Assembly: GCA_946186945.1 (NCBI GenBank)
Contig: CAMHPC010000001.1
Span: 28,555 to 92,554, forward strand
DNA from: an uncultured Prevotella sp.
GTDB lineage: Bacteria > Bacteroidota > Bacteroidia > Bacteroidales > Bacteroidaceae
Length of the DNA: 64,000 nt
Reading direction: 5' to 3'
The position numbers and the translations under genes are program-made. Of the stretch, positions 1 through 10,934 are shown in pieces. Numbering within the stretch: the first letter of the stretch is position 1; every line of letters begins with the position of its first letter. The notes under the pieces were generated by a model. That model made no database searches, was not told the origin of the DNA, and saw only the letters and a list, made by a program, of their open reading frames with translations.

Positions 1-2181
1 GCTGAGGTTGCGCAACTGACTCTCGTCGAAGTTGCCTACGAAGATGAAGGTATAGTCGCCGGCATTGGCGGTACGTTCGTGGAATATCTGAAGCAGACGG
101 TCGTGGTTGAGCATCTTCAGACGCTCTACATCGAGCGAGGCCTTGCGTGGATTATGGTCGTAGAGTGTGACTGACATGGAGTCGGAGAACGCCATCTCGG
201 GCGAGAGTGACTTGTTCTTCAACTGTGTCTCGAGCATGTTTACTAAGGTGTTGTATGTCTTCTCGTCCTTCTCCACAGAGGTGAAGTTGAGATACAATAG
301 TTGCATCAGTGTCTCCAAGTCTTTCGGTGTGGTGCGTCCCTGGAAATTCTCGTGTTGGTCTGCCATGACGAATGACACGGATGCCTGCTTGCCCGCCAGA
401 GCCTTCTCCAATTCTGTGCTGGTGAACCCACCCAGTTTGCTGGAACTCACCACGGCACCCATGAGCGAGGCATTGACCACGTCTTCCACACCCAGGATTG
501 ACGAACCGCCCTTGGAATAGGCCTGCATCATTATCTCATCGTCCTTGAAATCGGTCTTCTTCAGCACTACCTTGGCACCGTTGGAGAGTTGCCATTTCTT
601 GTAGCCCAGTGTGGTGTTTTCCTCTTCAGACACTATACGTCCCTTTTCGGGCATGTTGGCTATGAGGGGTTCATCCTTTACATTGTCCACCCATGCGGTG
701 AGTTTCTGTGCACGTACGTTCTTTATTGCACCATAGAGTACATCGGCAGTGGGATAGGTAGCGCCCTCCTTGTCGTTGTTGAAAGAGAGTATCACCACAT
801 TGCTGTCGGTCTTGCTCACCAGGTCGCGCAGCATCTCGTTGGCAGCATCCACAGGCAGTTGTGGTGCCATCATGTCCATCACCTGTTTGTCAAACTCTAT
901 CGAGGTGAGTGGCTCGTTGCTGAGGAAATGGTCACGGCAGGCATCGCCGAAGCGGGAGTTCTCGGTCTTGTTGCGGTTGGTGTATGCCTTGTCGAGCAGG
1001 CTGAGATATTCTGCCCGTGCGCGTGAGTATTCGCTGGCTGTGAAACCGTGCTGCAGGGCACGTTCCACCTCGGTGTATGCTGCCTGCACAGCCTCAGTGG
1101 TCTTGCCCTCTTTAGGCATGATGGAGAGTGAGAAGCAGTCTACGGTATGTGCAAGGATATATGAGCCGTCTTCGCACGAGGCATTTACAAAGGGGCAGTC
1201 GGGCTCCAGTGCCACCTCCTGCAAACGGGTGTTGAGCATATTGGTCACCATATCCTTCACATAGCAAGCCATGAGATATATCATATCGCTCTTCACGCTG
1301 TCGGGTTCTGCCTCGTGCTTGAACATTACTTCCACTATATTGGTGCGCTGTTCCTTGTCTTTGTCTATCACCACTATGGGCTGGGGGGTGTCGGGCACCG
1401 GCTCCTTCACCACTGGTGCAGCATTGGCAGCCAAGGGGATGGGTGCGAAGAGTTCGCGTATCTTTGCCACAGTGTGGTCCACGTCCACATCACCCACCAC
1501 GATGATGGCTTGATTGTCGGGGCGATACCACTTATGGTAGTAGTCGCGGAGCACCTGCGGCTCGAAGTTGTCTATTATCTCCATCAGACCGATGGGCATG
1601 CGCTTGCCGTATTTGCTGCCGGGGTAGAGGGCTTCGAGATTGCGTTCCAGCATGCGCATGATGGGTGAGGTGCGCAGGCGCCATTCCTCGTGTATCACAC
1701 CACGCTCCTTCTGTATCTCGTCTGCCTCGAGCAAAAGGCCACACGACCAGTCGCGCAGGATGAGTAGGCAAGAGTCGAGGGCTGTCTCGCGGGCCGACGG
1801 CACGTTGCATATCCTGTATACTGTCTGGTCTATGCCGGTATAGGCATTGAGGTCGCCGCCAAACTCTACTCCCAGCGAACGGCAGTACTCTATCAATTCG
1901 TTGCCGCGGAAATGGTCGGAACCATTGAATGCCATGTGCTCCAGGAAGTGTGCCAGTCCGCGCTGGTCGTCGTTCTCCTGTATGCTGCCCACCCGTTGGG
2001 CTATATAGAAATTGACCCTGTGTTCAGGATAACCGTTATGGCGCACGTAGTATGTCAGGCCATTGTCCAGTTTGCCTGTCTTCACCGCCTCATCCATGGG
2101 TACGGGATACGACATCTGTGCCGTGGCAGAGCCGGCGATGAGCGTGAGCAAGAAAATCAAAAGGTGCTTCATCTTTTTCAT
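1..2181 (-). CDS. M16 family zinc metallopeptidase (PqqL-like), 3' end runs off the window
   Basis: Not in the ORF track because it is truncated. Manual translation from ATG 2181 gives MKKMKHLLIFLLTLIAGSATAQ (signal peptide), GKLDNGLTYYVRHN and GLAHFLEHMAFNG, the HxxEH inverzincin motif. Confidence 0.92.
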   Translation of the reverse strand, partial: MKKMKHLLIFLLTLIAGSATAQMSYPVPMDEAVKTGKLDNGLTYYVRHNGYPEHRVNFYIAQRVGSIQENDDQRGLAHFLEHMAFNGSDHFRGNELIEYCRSLGVEFGGDLNAYTGIDQTVYRICNVPSARETALDSCLLILRDWSCGLLLEADEIQKERGVIHEEWRLRTSPIMRMLERNLEALYPGSKYGKRMPIGLMEIIDNFEPQVLRDYYHKWYRPDNQAIIVVGDVDVDHTVAKIRELFAPIPLAANAAPVVKEPVPDTPQPIVVIDKDKEQRTNIVEVMFKHEAEPDSVKSDMIYLMACYVKDMVTNMLNTRLQEVALEPDCPFVNASCEDGSYILAHTVDCFSLSIMPKEGKTTEAVQAAYTEVERALQHGFTASEYSRARAEYLSLLDKAYTNRNKTENSRFGDACRDHFLSNEPLTSIEFDKQVMDMMAPQLPVDAANEMLRDLVSKTDSNVVILSFNNDKEGATYPTADVLYGAIKNVRAQKLTAWVDNVKDEPLIANMPEKGRIVSEEENTTLGYKKWQLSNGAKVVLKKTDFKDDEIMMQAYSKGGSSILGVEDVVNASLMGAVVSSSKLGGFTSTELEKALAGKQASVSFVMADQHENFQGRTTPKDLETLMQLLYLNFTSVEKDEKTYNTLVNMLETQLKNKSLSPEMAFSDSMSVTLYDHNPRKASLDVERLKMLNHDRLLQIFHERTANAGDYTFIFVGNFDESQLRNLS

Positions 2182-2293
2182 AAATATAATGTTTAGAAAG
2201 TTTCCAAGGTGCAAAAATACGAAGAACGGGAGAGATAACAAAACATATATACGGTTTTTCCAAGTCATGTTTTGATGTTTCATGCATTCTTAT

Positions 2294-2301
2294 TACTTTT
2301 G
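2294..2301 (+). promoter_or_regulatory. Bacteroidetes sigma-A -7 element TACTTTTG for the aroQ operon
   Basis: Matches TAnnTTTG about 22 nt before the aroQ ATG. A divergent match (caaaaata, 2212-2219) serves the M16 gene. Confidence 0.65.
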
Positions 2302-2323
2302 CATCTGAGTAATATATAGTGCA

Positions 2324-2752
2324 ATGAAGATACTGATAGTAAACGGACCAAACCTGAACCTGCTGGGCAGACGCGAACCTGGCATATATGGCTCTACTGA
2401 TTTCGAATCCTACCTCTCCGCCCTGCGCCAGAGGTATGCCGATGTGGAGATAGACTATTTTCAGAGCAATAGCGAGGGCAGACTGATAGACTGTTTGCAG
2501 GAGCATGGATTTAGCGTGGACGGCATAGTGCTCAACGCAGGGGCTTACACACACACCAGTGTGGCTCTCTGCGACTGTATACGCGCCATCACATCGCCAG
2601 TGATAGAGGTACATATATCCAATGTGCACCAAAGGGAGGAGTTTCGCCATCACAGCATGATAAGCAGTGCCTGCAAAGGGGTGATATGCGGCTTCGGACT
2701 GGACAGTTACCGCCTGGCTATAGAGGCAATCATAAATGCCGCCAATGACTGA
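2324..2752 (+). CDS. aroQ: Type II 3-dehydroquinate dehydratase
   Basis: Motifs NGPNLNLLGRREPGIYG, NAGAYTHTS and EVHISN. Confidence 0.97.
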   Translation: MKILIVNGPNLNLLGRREPGIYGSTDFESYLSALRQRYADVEIDYFQSNSEGRLIDCLQEHGFSVDGIVLNAGAYTHTSVALCDCIRAITSPVIEVHISNVHQREEFRHHSMISSACKGVICGFGLDSYRLAIEAIINAAND

Positions 2753-3383
2753 CGATGAGTGCCTGCTGCGCTATGTGCAGCAACATAGCGATGAAGAGGG
2801 CGACTATCTGCACAGACTGTGGAGAGCGTCATATCGCTATCTGGTAAACGGACGCATGGTGAGCGGCCACCTGCAGGGACGACTGCTGCGTATGCTCGTA
2901 CACATGATAAGGCCCAAGGCTATCCTCGAGATAGGCACGTACAGCGGATACAGTGCCATCTGTATGGCTGAGGCACTCGACGATGATGCACGGGTGTATA
3001 CCTATGAGGTGAACGATGAGATGGAGGACTTTGCCCGCTACTGGATAGAACACTCCTCTGTGGCGCACCGTATAGTGTTGACCATAGGCGATGCCATGCA
3101 ACTGGCACCAAAGAGCGGCAGGATGTACGATATGGTGTTTATGGACGGTGACAAGCGTACCTATCCCGAGATGTATGAAATGGCTTTCGGCATACTCAGG
3201 AACGGAGGTTTCATGGTGATAGACAACACTCTGTGGGATGGACATGTGATAGACCCCGCATACGACCACGATGCTCAGACCTGCGCCATAAGGAGGTTTA
3301 ACGACATGGTGGCTGGCGATGACAGGGTGGAGAAGGTGATACTGCCATTGCGCGACGGACTGACGCTGATAAGGAAAAAGTGA
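2745..3383 (+). CDS. O-methyltransferase (COMT/CCoAOMT family)
   Basis: Motifs LEIGTYSGYS, DMVFMDGDK, DNTLWDG and LRDGLTL. Start chosen at ATG 2745. Confidence 0.9.
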   Translation: MTDDECLLRYVQQHSDEEGDYLHRLWRASYRYLVNGRMVSGHLQGRLLRMLVHMIRPKAILEIGTYSGYSAICMAEALDDDARVYTYEVNDEMEDFARYWIEHSSVAHRIVLTIGDAMQLAPKSGRMYDMVFMDGDKRTYPEMYEMAFGILRNGGFMVIDNTLWDGHVIDPAYDHDAQTCAIRRFNDMVAGDDRVEKVILPLRDGLTLIRKK

Positions 3384-3445
3384 TGACGCATACGGCGTAT
3401 ATGAAAAAAATCAAATAACTTTGCAAACGTAATCAATAGTATATA

Positions 3446-3781
3446 ATGCAAGAGACAAGACAAAACAAGATAGCGCGACTGCTACAAAAGGAACTGAGCC
3501 TCATCTTTCAGTCGCAGACACGTATGATGCATGGAGTGATGGTGAGTGTGACACGTTGCCGCATATCGCCCGACCTGAGTATATGTACTGCATATCTTAG
3601 CGTGTTCCCATCAGAAAAGGGTGAGGAGATAGTAAACAATGTGAATAATAATATGAAGACAATACGCTATGAACTGGGTACAAGGGTGAGAAACCAACTG
3701 CGTATCATCCCCGAACTGCGCTTCTTCATAGACGACTCACTCGACTATATAGACCGTATAGACGAGTTGCTGAAAAAATAA
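3446..3781 (+). CDS. rbfA: 30S ribosome-binding factor A
   Basis: Motifs RISPDLS and QLRIIPELRFFIDDS. Upstream promoter TAACTTTG at 3416-3423. Confidence 0.96.
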   Translation: MQETRQNKIARLLQKELSLIFQSQTRMMHGVMVSVTRCRISPDLSICTAYLSVFPSEKGEEIVNNVNNNMKTIRYELGTRVRNQLRIIPELRFFIDDSLDYIDRIDELLKK

Positions 3782-3806
3782 CCACTCTCCTACCCTATCC
3801 GCTTTC

Positions 3807-5045
3807 ATGAATTTCCCTTTCTATATAGCACGTAGATACCTCTTCTCCAAGAAGAGTACGCATGCCATCAATGTCATCAGCGGCATCAGTGCCGGCGGCG
3901 TGGCTCTCGCTACTATGGCCCTGGTGGTGACTCTCAGCGTGTTTAATGGCTTTCATGACCTGGTGGCGTCGTTCTTTACCAGTTTTGACCCGCAACTCAA
4001 GGTGGTGCCGGTGGAGGGTAAGACAGCACCTGCCGACGACCCCGCACTCACTGCCATCAGACAGATGGAAGAGGTGGATGTGGCCACGGAGTGTGTGCAA
4101 GACCAGGCTCTGGCGGTGTATGGCAATAAACAGTCTACAGTGATAGTGAAAGGGGTGGATGACAACTTCGCCGAACTTACTCATATCACCGAGATACTGT
4201 ATGGCACTGGCGAGTTTGCACTGCACGCCGCCAACCTGCAGTATGGCACACCGGGCATACAACTGGCTCAGGTGCTGGGATTGGGAGCTCGATGGGAAGG
4301 CTACCTCTACCTCTTTGCACCACAACGCGAAGGGCAGTTTGATGCCACAGCACCGGAACAGGCGTTCGTCACCGACTCGCTCATATCCTCGGGCGTACTG
4401 TTCAATATGCAGCAAAGCAAGTACGACCGACATTATCTGGTGGCACCCATAGCCTTCGCACGCAACCTCTTCGGACAGCAGGGGATGGTGAGTGCACTGG
4501 AACTGAGACTGAAGCCCACAGCCAACTTCTCGGCGGTGAAGAGCAGGATGCAGGAACTGGCGGGCGACCGCTTTAAGGTGATGGACCGCTATGAACAGCA
4601 GGCAGACACATACCAGATAATGAACATAGAGAAACTCATAGCCTATGCCTTCCTCACTTTTATACTCATGGTGGCATGTTTCAATATCATAGGCTCACTC
4701 TCTATGCTTATCATCGACAAGAAGGAGGATGTTAACACTCTGCACAATATGGGTGCCACAGACAGTCAGATAACACGTATATTCATGATGGAAGGACGCA
4801 TGATAGCCATGGCAGGAGCGGTGATAGGCATATTGCTGGGACTGCTTCTGTGCTGGTTGCAGCACACCTTCGGCATAGTGGCACTGGGGGGCAGCAGCGG
4901 CTCGTTTGTGGTAGATGCCTACCCCGTGAGCGTGCATTTCTGGGATATAGTAATAGTGTTTGTCACGGTGGTGGCTGTCAGTTGGCTGGCTGTGTGGTAT
5001 CCGGTGAGATACCTGAGCAAGAGACTACTGGGCAACCGCCAATGA
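3807..5045 (+). CDS. LolC/E-FtsX family ABC permease (lipoprotein release)
   Basis: FYIARRYLFSKK N-terminus, SVFNGF, a large periplasmic loop and three C-terminal TM helices. Confidence 0.9.
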   Translation: MNFPFYIARRYLFSKKSTHAINVISGISAGGVALATMALVVTLSVFNGFHDLVASFFTSFDPQLKVVPVEGKTAPADDPALTAIRQMEEVDVATECVQDQALAVYGNKQSTVIVKGVDDNFAELTHITEILYGTGEFALHAANLQYGTPGIQLAQVLGLGARWEGYLYLFAPQREGQFDATAPEQAFVTDSLISSGVLFNMQQSKYDRHYLVAPIAFARNLFGQQGMVSALELRLKPTANFSAVKSRMQELAGDRFKVMDRYEQQADTYQIMNIEKLIAYAFLTFILMVACFNIIGSLSMLIIDKKEDVNTLHNMGATDSQITRIFMMEGRMIAMAGAVIGILLGLLLCWLQHTFGIVALGGSSGSFVVDAYPVSVHFWDIVIVFVTVVAVSWLAVWYPVRYLSKRLLGNRQ

Positions 5046-5891
5046 CAGAGGACGGTCCAAATCGATACGTTCTACGTCCACCTCTTCGTGCAGGAATATC
5101 TTTGCCGACTCCTTAAATTTCTCTGTACTCTCCGTGGTCAGATACTTCACCCTGCCACCGAGGGTACAGTTGTGCTTTATATCAGGATGACGCTCCATGT
5201 AACTCTTTAACGAGCCTGCTACATATTCTCCCTGGGGTATGATGCGTACACCCGTAGGTATGTATTTTACTATCTTGGGCATCAATAGTGGGTAGTGGGT
5301 GCAACCCAGCACAATGGCATCTATCTCAGGGTCGGCGCGCATTATCTCATCTATGCGCTTCTTCACGAAATAGTCGGCTCCCGGACCGTCTGCCTCATGA
5401 TATTCCACCAAAGGTACCCAGAAGGGGCACGCCACACCCGATACGGCTATGTCGGGGTATAACTTGCGTATCTCCAGATCGTAACTCTGACTGTTGATGG
5501 TGCCTTCGGTAGCCAGTATACCTACATGTCGGCTCTTGGTGAGCGAACCGATGACCTCGGCAGTGGGACGTATAATACCCAGTACCCTGCGCGTGGCATC
5601 CCATGTGGGCAGGTCGTTCTGCTGTATGCTGCGCAATGCCTTAGCCGAAGCGGTATTGCAACCCAATATGACGAGGTGGCAACCCATCTCAAACAATCGA
5701 TACACTGCCTGGCGAGTAAACTCATACACCACATCGAAAGAACGCGGACCGTAGGGCGCACGTGCATTGTCGCCCAGGTATATGTAGTCGTACTCTGGCA
5801 TCAACTGCCGTATGCCATGCAGGATGGTCAGTCCGCCATAACCACTGTCGAATACCCCTATCGGGCCCGGGGCTGAAGGTAGTGTGCTCAT
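5025..5891 (-). CDS. murI: Glutamate racemase
   Basis: Motifs FDSGYGGLT, GCNTAS and LGCTHYP. Confidence 0.97.
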   Translation of the reverse strand: MSTLPSAPGPIGVFDSGYGGLTILHGIRQLMPEYDYIYLGDNARAPYGPRSFDVVYEFTRQAVYRLFEMGCHLVILGCNTASAKALRSIQQNDLPTWDATRRVLGIIRPTAEVIGSLTKSRHVGILATEGTINSQSYDLEIRKLYPDIAVSGVACPFWVPLVEYHEADGPGADYFVKKRIDEIMRADPEIDAIVLGCTHYPLLMPKIVKYIPTGVRIIPQGEYVAGSLKSYMERHPDIKHNCTLGGRVKYLTTESTEKFKESAKIFLHEEVDVERIDLDRPLSLAVAQ

Positions 5892-6391
5892 TTCAACAGA
5901 CGTTTTATATAATCTGAGACATCCTCACACACAGTACTATCGGTGTAGGGCACCGCTTGATGGTCGGTGTTGAGTATCAGCGTGTAACCACGTTCGCTGC
6001 CCACCAGCCGCACGGCTTGCTCCAACTGCAAGCGCAGTGGGGCTACTGCCTGCTCCTCGGCATTGCGCAGCAGACGGGCAGACTCGCTCTTGAACTGCAC
6101 ATTGCGCGACATGAGTTCCTGCAACTCACTCTGGCGCTTCTGGAGAATGGAGGGTGCGAAATCGCGCTGACCATCGAGAAACTCTTCATACTTCTTGTTA
6201 AACTCATCCTCGGCACGCTGCATCTCGGCAGCATACTGCTGGCGCAACTTATCTATGTTGGCCTGTGCCTCGGCATACTGAGGCATGGAGGTGAGTATGC
6301 CGTCGTAACTGAAATAGCCTATCTTGAGTTGCTGGGCATGGGATGACATGGCCAGCAGCATAAGCATTATGACAATGATGTTTCTCTTCAT
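5888..6391 (-). CDS. OmpH/Skp family periplasmic chaperone (third copy)
   Basis: Signal peptide, KIGY motif and coiled coil. Start at MKRNII (6391). Confidence 0.9.
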   Translation of the reverse strand: MKRNIIVIMLMLLAMSSHAQQLKIGYFSYDGILTSMPQYAEAQANIDKLRQQYAAEMQRAEDEFNKKYEEFLDGQRDFAPSILQKRQSELQELMSRNVQFKSESARLLRNAEEQAVAPLRLQLEQAVRLVGSERGYTLILNTDHQAVPYTDSTVCEDVSDYIKRLLK

Positions 6392-6395
6392 ATAC

Positions 6396-6442
6396 AAAAA
6401 ATAATGCGTGCAGACGGGGTCAGGATAGACACACGTCTGCAC
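6396..6442 (-). terminator. Intra-operon hairpin or terminator between ompH copies 2 and 3
   Basis: Arms gtgcagacg (6408-6416) and cgtctgcac (6434-6442), followed by a U-rich tract on the minus strand. Confidence 0.55.
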
Positions 6443-6461
6443 ACTATATGTGATAAATGAT

Positions 6462-6953
6462 TTATTTCATCAACTGTGCCTTCACCTCACTGGTGATATC
6501 CTTGCTCAGGCTGTCGTTGATGTAGAGCACACTGCCTGCCTCCATCACATACACATAGCCGCCGTTCTTGCCCACTACCTCTATGGCATTTCTCACACGC
6601 TGATAGATGGGCTGCAACTTGTCTGTCTGTGCCTTGTTGAAAGCCTGCTGGTTCTGCTGTGCCTGCTCGCTGATGCGCTGGTATTTCTCCTGCAGACTGG
6701 CCTCGGTCTCCTGCTGCTTGGTGGCATTCATAGTGCTCTTGTTCTTCTCATACTCTCCTACCAGGCGCTCCAGTTCAGCCTGAGAAGCCTTGAGTTCATC
6801 CTCGTACTGCTTGCCCAGTTTCTCCAGTTCCTGCTGAACCTTTACTACCTCTGGCAATGACTTGATAATGGTCTCGGTGTTAACATGTGCGAACTTCTGT
6901 GCAAAGATAGACAGAGGTGCGAACAACATCATGATAAGCAATACTTTTTTCAT
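6462..6953 (-). CDS. OmpH/Skp family chaperone (second copy)
   Basis: AQKFAHVN after the signal peptide, coiled coil and DITSEVK terminus. Confidence 0.92.
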   Translation of the reverse strand: MKKVLLIMMLFAPLSIFAQKFAHVNTETIIKSLPEVVKVQQELEKLGKQYEDELKASQAELERLVGEYEKNKSTMNATKQQETEASLQEKYQRISEQAQQNQQAFNKAQTDKLQPIYQRVRNAIEVVGKNGGYVYVMEAGSVLYINDSLSKDITSEVKAQLMK

Positions 6954-6991
6954 CTTTCTACTTTGTATTTAAATTGTTATTATTTGTCGTA

Positions 6992-7507
6992 TCAGTTGGA
7001 GTAACCCAGTTTCTGTAACACTTCATTGCTGATATCTATCTTTGGCGAACCGAAGATTATACCAGCGTCGGAGGCACGGTCCAATATCAGCGAATAACCG
7101 CGCAGGTCGGCTATATCCTTCACTGCGTTGTATATCTCCTCCTGTATGGGCGACATCAGACTCTCACGCTTCTTGAACAGTTCACCCTCCGGACCAAAGT
7201 ATTTCTTCTTCAGTTCGCTGGCTTCCTTCTCCTTGTTCATTATCTCTTCCTGCTTCTTCTGCTTCTGCTCCTGAGAAAGGAATACCACCTCGTTCTGGTA
7301 GTTCTTGTACAGGGTGGCGGCTTCGGTGTTGAGTGCCTCTACCTCAGCCTGCCATTTGCGAGACACCTGGTTGAGTTGTTCGTTGGCACGCTCGTATGCC
7401 GGCACGTTCTTGAGGATGTAGTCCATATCTATGAGCGCAAATTTCTGTGCACTGACACTCAGGGTGCCCAGCACAAACATCATAACGGTTGCTAATTTCT
7501 TCATCAT
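6992..7507 (-). CDS. OmpH/Skp family chaperone (first copy)
   Basis: Motifs AQKFALIDMDYIL, YFGPEGEL and DISNEVLQKLGY. Confidence 0.93.
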   Translation of the reverse strand: MMKKLATVMMFVLGTLSVSAQKFALIDMDYILKNVPAYERANEQLNQVSRKWQAEVEALNTEAATLYKNYQNEVVFLSQEQKQKKQEEIMNKEKEASELKKKYFGPEGELFKKRESLMSPIQEEIYNAVKDIADLRGYSLILDRASDAGIIFGSPKIDISNEVLQKLGYSN

Positions 7508-7543
7508 CGTAGTATTGTATTAGTAATGATATACTGATTGTTG

Positions 7544-10159
7544 TTAGAATTCTTGACCCAGCACGAAGTGGAACTTGCTGCCACCGCGGGTGCCGTACAC
7601 TTTGTCGAAGCCGTATGCCCAGTCGATACCCATCAGTCCTACCATGGGCAGGAAGATGCGCACACCCACACCGGCACTGCGCTTCAGGTCGAAGGGGTTG
7701 AAATCGCCTGTATTGGTCCATGCGTTACCACCCTCTACGAAGGTGAGGCCATAGATGGTGGTGTTGCCCAGCAGGAAGGGATAGCGCAGTTCCACTGAGA
7801 AACGGTCGTAGGCATAGCCCTCGGCACCATAGGGGGTGAGTGAACCATTCTCATAACCACGCAGTCCGATGGTCTCTTCGGCATATCCTGTGCTATAGCC
7901 ACTCATGCCGTCGCCACCCATGTAGTAGGTCTCGAAGGGCGACTTCTTATGTTTGTTGTAACTGCCAAGTATACCCATTTCCACTCTCGTCATCAGCACC
8001 AAGCACTTGGTTCCGCCGGTGAGGGCGGTGTAGGTGCGCGATTTGAACTTCCACTTGTGATACTCCACCCAGCGGAATTTCTTCTGCTGCTCGGCCTGGT
8101 AATTGGGCGAGGTGCGGTCTTTGGCAAGTGAGGCATAGTCCTTGCCGTCCCATGCCGACCATGGCGGGGTGATAGATAGTGAGGCGGAGAACTCCGAACC
8201 GTGACGTGGGAACAGTTGGTTGTCGGTAGACGTACGGTTGAGGGTGATGCCCAGCGCCAGGTTGTTAGAATTGCCGTTGGACATGATGAAGTAGCGCCAG
8301 TTCTTCAGTATATAACGGGTGTATGACAGTTGCAGAGACAGGGTGAAATAGTCGTCGGGCCAGCGCAGACGCTTACCCCATCCCACCGATACGCCGATGA
8401 GTTGGATATACTTGTTGGGGTCATAGTAGTTGTCGTAGTAATTGACCGAATTGCTGCCGTAGCCGTACATGTAACGGTTGTAGTTGTTCATCCACGCGCT
8501 GCTGTAGTATGAACTCGATACATCGCTCTGTTTACTGTAATAGGCACCTACGCTGAACTGTATGGGGCGCTTGCCACCAAACCAGCCGGTGGAGTAGGAA
8601 CCGTTGAAGGAGTAGTAGTAGCGACCGTTGGTCTGGGCACCTATGCTCAGCACCTCACCGTCGCCTATGGGCAGTATGCCACGGTGCTCCTTGTTCTTGT
8701 TGAACAGGTTGGCCATGGAGAAGTTGTTGAGTTTCAGTCCCAGTCTACCTATTACACCTGTCTGTCCCCATCCCAGTGAGAATTCTATCTGGTCATTGGA
8801 TTTCTGTTCCAGTTCCCAGTTTATGTCTACTGTGCCATCCTCATAGTTGGGTTTCACGTCGGGATTGATCTTCTCCGGGTCGAAGTGTCCCATAGAAGCC
8901 ATCTCACGCGCCGAGCGTTGTATTGCCTCTTTCGAGAACAAGTCGCCAGGTTTCGTACGCAGTTCGCGGCGCACCACATTCTCATACAGACGGGTGTTGC
9001 CTGATATGCGCACGTGGTTCACCCTCGCCTGTATACCCTCGGTGATACGCATCTCCAGGTCTATGGAGTCGCCCACGATGTTCACCTCGGCAGGTTGCAG
9101 GTTGTAAAACAGGTAACCGTTGTTCCAGTAGTTGTTGCCTACGGCATCGTCATCCTCGGTGAGTCGTTTGTTGAGCAGTTTCTGATTGTATACATCGCCT
9201 TTTTCCATGCCGAGCACGCGGGTGAGATAGTCGGTGCTATATACTGTATTGCCCACCCAGGTGATGTTTCTCAGATAGTATTTCTTGCCTTCGTCCACCT
9301 TTACATATACATTCACGTGCTTCTCATCGTAGTTCCACACGCTGTCCTCTACTATCCTGGCATCGCGGTATCCGTATTCGTTGTATTTCTCTATCAGGTG
9401 TTGCTTGTCCTCCTTCCAGCGCTCAGGTGTAAATTTCTTCGACTTGAAGAGGTTGGCGAATTTGCCTGCCTCGTGTGTCTTGGTCAGTGCTCCCTTACTG
9501 AAGAGTCCGCCTTTTATCTTTTTCGTGGATAGTTGGTTGTTGCCCTCGATGATAATCTCGTGAACTTTCATCTTCTGTTTCTTGTCCACCTCTACATCGA
9601 GTATCACTTGGTTCTTGTTTGCCACATCATCACGCTGTCTGATGTTTATCTCAGCGTTTTTGTAGCCTTTGTCGTCGAAGTAGCGCTTGGCAAGTATCTT
9701 GGCACGGTCGATGATATTGGGTGTCACCTGTCCGCCCTTGATGATACCCAGTTTTGCTTCCAGGTCTTCGCGTTCTGATTTCTTCACACCACTGTAGTTG
9801 ATGGTCGACACACGCGGGCGGATGGCAAGATTGATGTGCAGATACACTTTTTCGCCAACAATAGAGTCGGCTTGGATAGACACGTTGGAGAACAGTCCAT
9901 GACGCCAGTAGCGCTTCACGGCATCAGTGATGTCATTGCCTGGCACCGTCACCCTCTGACCCTCGCGCAGACCTGATATGCCTATGAGCACGTAGTCTTC
10001 GTAGCCGTCGACACCCGAGACGGTGATACCGCCTATGGTGCATGAACGTGGTGTGCCGGCATAGGTGATGTCGGGCTTGATTATCTTCTCTTGTGCCTGT
10101 ATGGCTGTGGCACTTATCAGTAGCACCACTGCCATGATGATTCTTATGCAGTATTTCAT
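7544..10159 (-). CDS. bamA: Outer membrane protein assembly factor BamA
   Basis: POTRA repeats, IGLRGYENG motif and a beta-barrel ending in Phe. Confidence 0.96.
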   Translation of the reverse strand: MKYCIRIIMAVVLLISATAIQAQEKIIKPDITYAGTPRSCTIGGITVSGVDGYEDYVLIGISGLREGQRVTVPGNDITDAVKRYWRHGLFSNVSIQADSIVGEKVYLHINLAIRPRVSTINYSGVKKSEREDLEAKLGIIKGGQVTPNIIDRAKILAKRYFDDKGYKNAEINIRQRDDVANKNQVILDVEVDKKQKMKVHEIIIEGNNQLSTKKIKGGLFSKGALTKTHEAGKFANLFKSKKFTPERWKEDKQHLIEKYNEYGYRDARIVEDSVWNYDEKHVNVYVKVDEGKKYYLRNITWVGNTVYSTDYLTRVLGMEKGDVYNQKLLNKRLTEDDDAVGNNYWNNGYLFYNLQPAEVNIVGDSIDLEMRITEGIQARVNHVRISGNTRLYENVVRRELRTKPGDLFSKEAIQRSAREMASMGHFDPEKINPDVKPNYEDGTVDINWELEQKSNDQIEFSLGWGQTGVIGRLGLKLNNFSMANLFNKNKEHRGILPIGDGEVLSIGAQTNGRYYYSFNGSYSTGWFGGKRPIQFSVGAYYSKQSDVSSSYYSSAWMNNYNRYMYGYGSNSVNYYDNYYDPNKYIQLIGVSVGWGKRLRWPDDYFTLSLQLSYTRYILKNWRYFIMSNGNSNNLALGITLNRTSTDNQLFPRHGSEFSASLSITPPWSAWDGKDYASLAKDRTSPNYQAEQQKKFRWVEYHKWKFKSRTYTALTGGTKCLVLMTRVEMGILGSYNKHKKSPFETYYMGGDGMSGYSTGYAEETIGLRGYENGSLTPYGAEGYAYDRFSVELRYPFLLGNTTIYGLTFVEGGNAWTNTGDFNPFDLKRSAGVGVRIFLPMVGLMGIDWAYGFDKVYGTRGGSKFHFVLGQEF

Positions 10160-10183
10160 CGTCGGTTGGATGTCTCTTTCGTA

Positions 10184-10921
10184 TTATTGCTGGTTGGCAG
10201 CCTGTTCCTCAGTCTTGCCATATCGGCGTTGTCTGTGCTGATAGTCTATGATGGCCTGATGCAGGTGTTCCTCATCGTAGTCGGGCCAGTAGGTGTCGCA
10301 GAAGTATAGTTCGGCATATGCTATCTGCCACAGCAGGTAGTTGCTCACTCTCAGTTCGCCGCCGGTGCGTATGAGCAGGTCGGGGTCGGGCATGAAGTTG
10401 GTGTTGAGGTGTTGAGATATGAGTGCCTCGTCTATCTCTTCCGGTTTCAGTGTGCCCTCCTTCACCTTTTCTGCCAGTTGTCTCATGGCGCGTGTTATCT
10501 CCCATTTGGACGAGTAACTAAGTGCTATGGTCATGGTCATGGCATCGTTGGCTGCCGTATGCTCCATGGTCTCGAAGAGTTTCTGCTGCACCACCTCTGG
10601 CAAGCGTTCTATGTCTCCTATCACACGGAAGCGTACGTTGTTCTTCATGAATATCTCGTCTTCGAGCGAGGTAAGCACTAATGCCATGAGTGCTGCCACC
10701 TCTTCCGAGGGGCGGTTCCAGTTTTCGGTGCTAAAGGTATAGAGGGTGAGGTATTTCACACCGATCTCCTTACACTCTGTGGTGATGCGCCGCACTGCTT
10801 CTACACCTGCCTGGTGGCCGTAACTGCGTGGCTGGTGCCTCTCGTTTGCCCACCTGCCGTTGCCATCCATGATAATGGCTATATGCGCGGGTATGCGTGT
10901 CATGTCAAGATCTTTTCTCAT
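10184..10921 (-). CDS. uppS: Undecaprenyl diphosphate synthase (isoprenyl transferase)
   Basis: Motifs [22 protein letters not shown] and [19 protein letters not shown]. Confidence 0.97.
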   Translation of the reverse strand: MRKDLDMTRIPAHIAIIMDGNGRWANERHQPRSYGHQAGVEAVRRITTECKEIGVKYLTLYTFSTENWNRPSEEVAALMALVLTSLEDEIFMKNNVRFRVIGDIERLPEVVQQKLFETMEHTAANDAMTMTIALSYSSKWEITRAMRQLAEKVKEGTLKPEEIDEALISQHLNTNFMPDPDLLIRTGGELRVSNYLLWQIAYAELYFCDTYWPDYDEEHLHQAIIDYQHRQRRYGKTEEQAANQQ

Positions 10922-10934
10922 AGCGGTGTGCTTG

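Noticed and set aside
167-2275. Cluster of short plus-strand ORFs
   Set aside because: All overlap the minus-strand M16 peptidase that the track missed because of truncation.
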